Positions 27,519 to 35,300 of a stretch of DNA of 64,000 nucleotides are shown piece by piece. The notes under the pieces were generated by a model. It made no database searches. It saw nothing but the letters and a program-made list of their open reading frames with translations, and was not told the origin of the DNA. The stretch is from Ructibacterium sp. (GTDB lineage: Bacteria > Bacillota > Clostridia > Monoglobales > Monoglobaceae). Made by a program: the position numbers and the translations under genes. The stretch lies in the NCBI GenBank assembly GCA_045649565.1, contig JAZRQC010000037.1, positions 248 to 64,247 on the forward strand. Reading direction: 5' to 3'. Every line of letters starts with the position of its first letter. The stretch's first letter is position 1.

Positions 27519-29126
27519 TTATTTGGGCATACCATCCTGGTATCTGTCGTATGCAGTCTGGTAGATTTCTACCATTTCATTTACGCCCATCTTTTCCATT
27601 TCTGCAACGTACTTCTTCCAAGAAGCATCGGTCAGTTCTTCCTGTCCGCAAACCCACTTTGCTCTCTGGGTCTCGGTCAGGTTGAAGATGTCGGTGGTCA
27701 GCTCGGAAAGTCTGTCTGCTTCGTCTACTGCATAGTAGGGACGAGGCCAGGTTTCCTTGTCAAGATATTCTTCATACATATTGTAGACTTCCATCTTTGC
27801 TTCCTGACCTTCCCGCCAAGGCATCTTCTCGCTTCCGTATACATCTTCAGGAATCCAGCAGGGCATACCACCGGTCAGTACGCACTGATACAGATAGGAC
27901 GCGAAGTACTTACCTTCGGGAAGTTCGTTCCAGGAAACATTTCCGGTCTTCTCGTCGATGGTCAAAGTAGAATTGGGAGCGGACTCACCAAATGCGTTCT
28001 GGATGGAGTGATCGATTTCGAAGAACTTATCTGCCCACTTCAAAACATTTGCAGGGTTCTGACAAGACTTGAAGATTACCAAGAAGTCCTTGGTACCGAT
28101 GTATCCGGGGTGGATACGCCATACAGGCTTAACCTTACCATCTGCGCTCAGAGGAGGAATTGCAATATACTCATCTGCATTCAGGAAGGGGTTCGCATTG
28201 GACCACATAACACCAACAGTGGATACGGGAGTCTGCTGCTTCGCATTGAACTGTGCGCCATCATGGGTGAATGCTTCAAAGTCCAGAAGACCTTCTGCGT
28301 ACAGATCACGGTAGTATTCCAGCATCTGTCTCCATTCCTTCATAATGGGAGTGAACTTTACTTCGCCCTTCTGAACGGTGAGCCAGGAATCCCAGGTACC
28401 GAACTTGGTAGCAACACCCCAGGAAGAAAGGAGAACTTCAGGATAAGCAGAGGAACTGGTGGTGTTGAAGGTCAAGGGAATTTCATCTGCCTTACCATTA
28501 CCGTTGGGATCCTTCTCCTTGAATGCTTTCAGTACTTCTTTCAGTTCAACCAGAGTGGTGGGAACTTCCATACCAACCTTATCGAGCCACTTTTTGTTGA
28601 TGTACATAACGTTCTCGATGTAGTCGGGCATAAATTCCTTCAACCCGGGAAGGGTATACATGTGACCATCGGGAGCATTGAGCGCCGCTCTGATCTCAGG
28701 TCTTTCCTGGAACATCTTGTAGATGTTGGGGGTATCCTTTTCATTGATATAATCTTCGATGGGAAGAATGATACCATTTGCAGCAAACTGAGAAATGTCA
28801 GAGGGCTGGAAGCTGTTACCAACAACTACCTGCGGGAACTCACCTGCTGCGATTTGCTGTCTTAATACGTTTGCACCATCAACCTTTGCACTATATTCCC
28901 AAGTGATGGGAACATCGGTCAAGGATTCCATACGCTTCAGCGCTAAATCACGTACACCCTCGGGTACATCGTCACCTTCGGGAGGAATCAATACGCTGAA
29001 ACCGCCGTTTTCTTTCTGCTGCTTCTGGAGTTCACTCAGGTTTTCGCCACCGCCACAACCGGCAAGGCACAGAGTGAGCATCAGAATTGCCATCATCAGG
29101 CAAATGCCTTTTTTGAACATTTTCAT
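27519..29126 (-). CDS. large extracellular solute-binding lipoprotein (CUT1, LplA-like)
   Basis: AGGAG RBS. It has a lipoprotein signal with lipobox LTLCLAGCGG and forms an operon with the two permease genes upstream. Confidence 0.85.
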   Translation of the reverse strand: MKMFKKGICLMMAILMLTLCLAGCGGGENLSELQKQQKENGGFSVLIPPEGDDVPEGVRDLALKRMESLTDVPITWEYSAKVDGANVLRQQIAAGEFPQVVVGNSFQPSDISQFAANGIILPIEDYINEKDTPNIYKMFQERPEIRAALNAPDGHMYTLPGLKEFMPDYIENVMYINKKWLDKVGMEVPTTLVELKEVLKAFKEKDPNGNGKADEIPLTFNTTSSSAYPEVLLSSWGVATKFGTWDSWLTVQKGEVKFTPIMKEWRQMLEYYRDLYAEGLLDFEAFTHDGAQFNAKQQTPVSTVGVMWSNANPFLNADEYIAIPPLSADGKVKPVWRIHPGYIGTKDFLVIFKSCQNPANVLKWADKFFEIDHSIQNAFGESAPNSTLTIDEKTGNVSWNELPEGKYFASYLYQCVLTGGMPCWIPEDVYGSEKMPWREGQEAKMEVYNMYEEYLDKETWPRPYYAVDEADRLSELTTDIFNLTETQRAKWVCGQEELTDASWKKYVAEMEKMGVNEMVEIYQTAYDRYQDGMPK

Positions 29127-29185
29127 ACTTACAACTCCTTTTATATATATTTTAATTTTTTTCAGATGAAAATGTTATGAATGGA

Positions 29186-30103
29186 TTAACCCTTTACGGA
29201 ACCAATCATAACGCCCTTTACGAAGTACTTCTGTACAAAGGGATACATCAGGAAGACGGGGATGGAACCAACAACCATAACAGCGTACTGTACAGCCTGT
29301 TCTGCCTTCATCTTCTCGATGAGTGCCTTGGAGTCCATCATAGAGCCGTCGGTAGATGCAGTTTTGAAGGTTTCGCTCAGACCCTTCAATACGATCTGCA
29401 GAGGCATCTTTTCGTTGGAACGCAGGAAGTAAAGTGCATCGGTGTAGTTGTTCCAGTGATAGAGTACGTGATAGAGGGTCAGTACTGCCAAGATTGCCTT
29501 GGACAGGGGAAGTACAACCTTGATAAAGAAGGTGGTGTAGCTACCGCCGTCAATCTTGGTTGCTTCGAACAATTCCTCGGAGATACTGCTCATCAAGAAG
29601 GAACGACATACGATCATGTTATATACGTTCAAAGCAGTAGGAATGATCATAACCCAAATGGTATCCAAAATAGCCAAGTCTCTGTAGAGGATGTAACTGG
29701 GAACCAGACCACCGCCCACATACATGGTCAGCATGAAGAAACCATTGATGATTCTTCTGAAGGGAAGCTCTTTTCTGGAAAGAGCGAATGAACAGGTTAC
29801 ACAGGTGAACATCTGTACAGATACACCGGTTACGGTGTAGAGAACGGAGTTCAGGAAACCATCCACGATACTGGGGTATTCCAGAAGCTTCTGATAACCC
29901 AGGAAGTTAATACCCTTGGGAATCAAGAAGGTCTGACCCAAGTTAACTGCGGTGGGGTCACTGATGGATGCGGACAGGATAAAATAAATCGGATAGAGCA
30001 ACAACGCTGCGAAGAGACCCAGCAGAGTTCCGTTTACAATACCGAAGACTTTATCGCTGCCGGAGTCTTTGATTGTATTTTTCATAACTTTTTCTTTACT
30101 CAT
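29186..30103 (-). CDS. carbohydrate ABC transporter permease (LplC-like)
   Basis: Start moved to the ATG at 30103 (AAGGAGG RBS). It is a six-TM MalG/BPD-type permease with an EAA-like loop (EELFEATKIDGGSYTTFFIKVVLPL). Confidence 0.85.
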   Translation of the reverse strand: MSKEKVMKNTIKDSGSDKVFGIVNGTLLGLFAALLLYPIYFILSASISDPTAVNLGQTFLIPKGINFLGYQKLLEYPSIVDGFLNSVLYTVTGVSVQMFTCVTCSFALSRKELPFRRIINGFFMLTMYVGGGLVPSYILYRDLAILDTIWVMIIPTALNVYNMIVCRSFLMSSISEELFEATKIDGGSYTTFFIKVVLPLSKAILAVLTLYHVLYHWNNYTDALYFLRSNEKMPLQIVLKGLSETFKTASTDGSMMDSKALIEKMKAEQAVQYAVMVVGSIPVFLMYPFVQKYFVKGVMIGSVKG

Positions 30104-30116
30104 CACGCCCACCTCC

Positions 30117-31061
30117 TTAGAATACTGATGTATCACTGAGCTTGTTACAGATGGTGTTAACTGTTACAAGACAGATGATGTTAACAATTGTGTTAAACAA
30201 ACTGATTGCTGTGGAGAAACCGTACTGCGCCTTAATAAGACCGGTTTTGTAGCTGTATGTAGAGATAATTTCGGATGCACCTCTGTTAAGCTCGGTCTGT
30301 AACAGCAACATCTTATCGGGACCTACTGCAAACATAGAACCACAACCCAATACCAGCTGAATAACAATGGTACTGATCAATGCCGGAATCTCGATGTGCC
30401 AGATGATTCTCATACGGCTTGCACCATCGATCTTTGCAGCTTCCAACTGCTCCTGGTCGATACCGGAGAGAGCCGCCAGATAGATGATTGCCGAGAAACC
30501 TGTACTGGACCACATATTGGTGACAATGTAGATCGGGAGAACGTACTTATCATGGCCGAAGAACAGAACCGGGTCACCACCCAATTTCTGAATGATGATG
30601 TTAATAACACCGGTGCTGGGTGCCAAGAATACGTTGGTGATTGCAATAACTACTACAACGGAGAACAGGTGAGGTATGTAGGAAATGTTCTGCACCAGTT
30701 TTTTCGCTCTTTCATTCCGTACCTGATTGAGCATCAATGCAAAAATAACGGGCAGGGGGAAACCAAACACCAGATTGTAAATTGCGGTTTTGGCAGTATT
30801 GCCAATCAATTCCCAGAAGTTGTTCAGACCAAAGAATCTTGCAAAATGCTTGAATCCCACCCAGGGAGCCTCCGCAATTGACTGACCAAACTTCATATCC
30901 TTAAACGCAAGCTGAATACCATAAATGGGAACATACTTAAAGATAATAGTAACCACAATGGCGGGAACCAAGAACAGATATAATTCCCAGCTGCCAAGGA
31001 TGCGTTTCAGTAATGACTTTTTCTTGTTTAGAACCAAAGGTTTACTTGTTACGCTTTCCAT
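30117..31061 (-). CDS. carbohydrate ABC transporter permease (LplB-like)
   Basis: MalF/BPD-type permease with EAA loop EQLEAAKIDGASRMRIIWHIEIPAL. No ATPase gene is present in the locus. Confidence 0.85.
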   Translation of the reverse strand: MESVTSKPLVLNKKKSLLKRILGSWELYLFLVPAIVVTIIFKYVPIYGIQLAFKDMKFGQSIAEAPWVGFKHFARFFGLNNFWELIGNTAKTAIYNLVFGFPLPVIFALMLNQVRNERAKKLVQNISYIPHLFSVVVVIAITNVFLAPSTGVINIIIQKLGGDPVLFFGHDKYVLPIYIVTNMWSSTGFSAIIYLAALSGIDQEQLEAAKIDGASRMRIIWHIEIPALISTIVIQLVLGCGSMFAVGPDKMLLLQTELNRGASEIISTYSYKTGLIKAQYGFSTAISLFNTIVNIICLVTVNTICNKLSDTSVF

Positions 31062-31408
31062 AAACTAACATGTCCTCGCTTTCACTTAAATGTAATGTTT
31101 TGGGGTGAACCCGCAGTATCAGATCAAACCTGACAAAAAACAACAGACCGAATATGTACGGATGCGTCCGATCTCATGGTTTTTTGAACAAGCATAATCC
31201 TCCTACTGCATCTTCTATTTGTTCATTATAACAAATAGTATTTCACAATGCAATACCCAAAGCGGACATTTTTTCATATTTTTGTCTTATAATCATAAAA
31301 TTGAGTTTTTTTTCTTGTTAATTTTCCTAATTTTATGATAATTTTTTTGCTTTTTTCTTTTTTATCATATTTTGACAGAATAAGAGATTTTTTTTGGGGA
31401 AGGTGAAC

Positions 31409-31437
31409 AAAGGCGCGTGACGCTCCACCCAACGCCG
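31409..31437 (+). repeat. copy 2 of the short dispersed element (core gcgtgacgctccacccaa)
   Basis: See copy 1 at 15567-15595. Both copies are in the same orientation and both are intergenic. Confidence 0.7.
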
Positions 31438-31538
31438 GGCAGAATTTGCAAAAAGATTCACGCCCCTCATCCGTCGGCTCACGCCGACACCTTCCCCCGA
31501 GGGGGAAGGCTTTCCTGCATTTCCCATTTAATATGTTG

Positions 31539-31635
31539 AAAATGAGTGCGCAGAAAAGGAGCATTAACGGAACGACACATAGGTCGTTTCCTACAATGAT
31601 TTATCGCAAAATGAGTGCGCAGAAAAATGAGTGAG
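31539..31635. repeat. 19-nt direct repeat aaaatgagtgcgcagaaaa (31539-31557 and 31608-31626) plus a partial third copy, flanking a hairpin
   Basis: Exact 19-nt identity read directly from the sequence. aaaatgagtg recurs at 31624-31633. The hairpin ggaacgac / gtcgtttcc lies between the copies. Confidence 0.85.
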
Positions 31636-31903
31636 ATTCGTTTGGAGCGAGGTTCGGCAAGGTCATACCATTCTCGGTATCAAAGGATATTTCATTAAAA
31701 TCACATCCACAACCGGAAGTTCCATACAATGCTTCTGCATTGGACGCAGTGAAATTGTATGTCTTGCTTGCCGCAACGACAACACCCACAATATCATCAA
31801 TGGAATCGTAGGTTGTCACCTCTGCAGATACCTGCCATACGGGAAGAATGGTCATCACCATCATCACGCACAGAAGAACTGCTAACACTCTTGTTTTTTT
31901 CAT
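31601..31903 (-). CDS. small secreted protein; possible truncated remnant of an A-type giant surface protein
   Basis: The ATG at 31903 lies after AAGGAG. The signal peptide MKKTRVLAVLLCVMMVMTILPV closely matches that of A1 (MKKTRILAALLCVMMVITCLPV). The mature part aligns by eye with the first strands of A1 modules 1 and 3. The ORF ends inside the 19-nt repeat. Confidence 0.5.
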   Translation of the reverse strand: MKKTRVLAVLLCVMMVMTILPVWQVSAEVTTYDSIDDIVGVVVAASKTYNFTASNAEALYGTSGCGCDFNEISFDTENGMTLPNLAPNESHSFFCALILR

Positions 31904-32285
31904 GTAGGTCACTCCTTTTAAGAATATGATATATTTTCAGAGCATAATTTTACAAATATACAGCATAATTATACAAAAAATCCGCAAAAACTTCTTTGCA
32001 CTTTTGTATTCTTTTTGTATATTTTTGAACACAAACCCACACATGAAAATATGGACTTTTAAACATAATTTTTAATTCTTTATCGAAAAACCGTGGTTTT
32101 TCTCCTAACTTCACCATATGGATCGGAGGTATTTCTATTATAAATAAAAATCGACAAAAAATCTATTGGTTTTTTTATCCGGACTTTTGGTTTGAGAAGA
32201 CGACATGGACGTAGCGTTCCTGCGCTTCCGGATGGTTTGTATAAAACCAGAAGGTCAGTGTCGTCCTTCCCTTACCGGTTGCAAA

Positions 32286-32320
32286 CAAAAAATTCCCGAC
32301 CATATTGGTCGGGATTTTTG
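32286..32320 (-). terminator. intrinsic terminator of cassette 1
   Basis: Stem tcccgacc / ggtcggga followed by T6 on the minus strand, starting 5 nt after the C1 stop. Confidence 0.85.
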
Positions 32321-32324
32321 TTAC

Positions 32325-35300
32325 TTAAAGTTCTTTTGAGAAGAAGTCCAGGGAGAATCTCAAACTATTCAACTGGAGACTACTCCAGGACTCGTAGGGA
32401 CTGACAACAATGGTGCCAAGCTTTTCGGATACATAGAATCCAAAGGCCTCTGCAAAGGCATTGATGTCAATGTAGAGCTTACCATTAAAGGTAGATACCT
32501 GCTCGGGAGAGAATACGATCTCGTTGCCAAGGCTATTGATCACCAGACCACCATCCTCGGAGGATGCGATGGTACCGCTGACATAAGCCGCTGCAACATC
32601 TGCCGCCACGCCATTTTCGTAAGCCGCCTCTTCCACTCTCTTGTTATTGAGGAGTGCAGAACCGCTTTCAGGATGGAGTACCAGAGTCTTTAAGAACTGG
32701 AAGTCATAAACTGTCCGAGTGTTCTCTGCGTGATTATCCTGACGAAGGTGAAGCTGTTCGAAACGGTTGGAGCCTACCTGCGCATCCTTCTGGAGGGCGA
32801 TGGTTCGACCGTACTGGGAACCACCAAAGCCATCATCGTAAGAAAATGCGTTACAGATAACCTGATTCTCGGTGATATGGATGTTGGTATTCATCATCGC
32901 ACCGATGGTACCCTGATTCTCGTGAACGGTACCAATAATCTGCCAGGTCTTCATACTGTCGGTACTTCTTGCAAAGGTCCAACGGGTTCTGGGATACTGA
33001 CCCTTACCAACAACGTTATCGTTATCGTAGCCAAACACCGCATATACGTGTTCAGGATTGTAGGGGTCAACCTCGACACTGTAACATACCTCAACGCTCA
33101 GGAGGGGCGTTACATATACGTTCTCGGTATCGAAGGTCTTACCACGGTCATAGGATCTGATGTAACCCAAGTAACCTAAGTTGGTTCTACCGAAGAGGTA
33201 CAGATCTCCGTTTGCCAGTTCCAGAGGAACCAACTCAACGAAGGTAATACCGGGGGTGTTGTGGCTCGCGCCTGCCAACTGGGTATTATCGATGGTGGTT
33301 TCAGAATCGTTCCAAGTGAGACCATAGTCATCACTGTAGAACACCTTAAGCTGCGCCCACCACTCGCAGGCAACGTCCGTGGTACATACCGCGTACAATC
33401 TACCGGAAGGAGCCAACTTGATACGGTTCTGCATTGCAGCATAGGTCATACCAATATGGTCTTCTTCTGCCAGTTTATCGGTACCATGACGTTCCCATGT
33501 CTTACCATTGTCATGAGAGATGTAGGGAATGAAGTTCCAGTACTGTTTTCCATCTTCACCAACGGACTGGAGTTCGGACTTAAGACCCAGAACATCGCCA
33601 TTGGGCAAAGAAACCAAGTTATCGCTGAGGGTGGTATAACTGGTATCCTGCACGAAGCTCTTACCACCGTCATCGGTTCTCCAAGCATTGGTATTTGCCA
33701 GAATGTAACTATCGCCACCCAAGTCAATCAGGTCAAGGTTTACGTTCAGGAAGGTCTCTCTTGCATCTGCAATAACCTTGGTATCACCACGATACTTGAA
33801 GTTATCCACGTATGCACTACCATCCTTCAGCACGAAACCGAACTTACCTCTCCAGTAAGAAGGAGAATCCTTCAAGGAGAGAACCTCTTCCCCGTTCACA
33901 TACAACGTAGCAGTCTTAACATCGTTTACCTTGCGAACCTTCAACGCCATATTTACCCATTCGCCGGTGGGGAAGTCACCCTTCTTTGCCACACGAACAT
34001 TCTGGGATGCACTGGTCTGAACATCCACAATCTCGAACTCACCGGTCTCGAAGTTGTAACCGGCTCTGGAATACGGATGGTTGGTAGCACGGTTAAAGTC
34101 GAACCAGAAGCCCTTGGCTCCGCTTACTACCTTAACATCTGCGCTGATATCAATATCACCACCGAATGCGGCAACATCCACAAAGGAGTACTTATCCGGT
34201 GCACCAAGAACCATGTACTGCTCCTTTTCATCAATGGATACGGAAATACCATTATCCTTGGAACGGTTCACATATCTCCACTGGGTCATGGTATCAAACT
34301 CGGTGTCTCCGGAGAAATCATCCTCGTAGTAGTATACGTCCTTATTATCGCCAACACATACATACTCAAAACCATCGCCGGAGGCTACATCGAACGCCGC
34401 AATACCCTCACCAACGGTGGGAACGCTACGGAAACTGAATACCCATCTGCCGTTGGCATAGAGTCTGGTCATACCAACTGCAGTCTCGGCACGGAGGTAA
34501 ATCTTACCGTCTGCATTTGCCCAATCGGCAAGTTTACCTGCTTCCTTACGGAAGGGTTCCATCATCTCGACCTTGGTGGTCCATACATATACAGTACCAT
34601 TTTCCACCTGCAGGTCGGTGCGGTAGTATTCATCGTTTACAACCAATCTACCTTCATCGGTTACGTCCAAAACCACATCCATTACGTGGTAGTTGGGCAG
34701 ATCACCTAAGTTGTATACCAGATTCTTTCCAACCATATTGGTGGTCTGGAAGTAGGTTGCTCTGTCATAACTGGGAACGATACTCTCATTAGAGATGGTC
34801 AAACCATCGGATACAAAACTCTTTTCCAGAGTCTTGGTCATAGGCATTACAAAAGCGAATACCATCTGACCATTGCGATATGCCTCAGCAAAGGGACCAT
34901 CGGTTACGATGATGAAATCACCAAGACCCTTGTCATAGGTCATCTCACCCTCGTCGGTCAGGTAGGTTACTCCATCTCTGGTGTGGGTCATCTTCAGCAG
35001 ATGTCTGCCATTTGCATAAGTGACCTCAGCCTGACCAAACTCGCCTACTACATTGTACTTGATTTCGTTGGCAAAGTTCTCGGAAGGTGCACTTTGATAT
35101 GCCTTACCTACCAACTGAACGGCATCCTCATATACAATGATACCGGATTCATTGTAGCAGATGGCTTCTAATGTGTGCTGCATGGGAGACAGTGCCGCCA
35201 GACTCATCTCATAGTAGGGACCCTGCTCGGCGGTGGCAACGGTGTTACCGTCCAGACGATACTCTACCTTGGTAATCTGGGGACGTCTGTCAAAGAACTC

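Noticed and set aside
27459-28865. 468-aa plus-strand ORF overlapping the binding-protein gene, and similar antisense ORFs over addA (60695-61468, 61481-62515), the GH78-like gene (19053-19727, 20094-20654) and the isocitrate-dehydrogenase-family gene (786-1685)
   Set aside because: These are antisense shadows of well-supported genes, with no RBS and no recognisable family motifs.
31124-31195. 23-codon minus-strand micro-ORF (MLVQKTMRSDASVHIRSVVFCQV) with AGGAGG, upstream of the ABC permease gene, as a possible leader peptide
   Set aside because: The RBS-to-ATG spacing is only about 3 nt, there is no obvious attenuator structure, and there is no supporting evidence.
31274-31564. Small ORFs inside GC-rich intergenic elements (31274-31564, 31333-31527, 31446-31634, 15838-16074, 15738-15932, 15503-15688)
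   Set aside because: They overlap each other on both strands, lack RBSs and translate to R/G/P-rich strings dictated by hairpin-forming repeats. They are treated as non-coding repeat sequence.
32190-32285. Possible riboswitch-like structure (long-range pairing agacgaca / tgtcgtcctt around an inner hairpin ggttt gtata aaacc) downstream of the cassette 1 terminator
   Set aside because: I could not match it to any riboswitch class consensus I know. It lies about 300 nt from the nearest downstream start, and the pairing is short enough to arise by chance.
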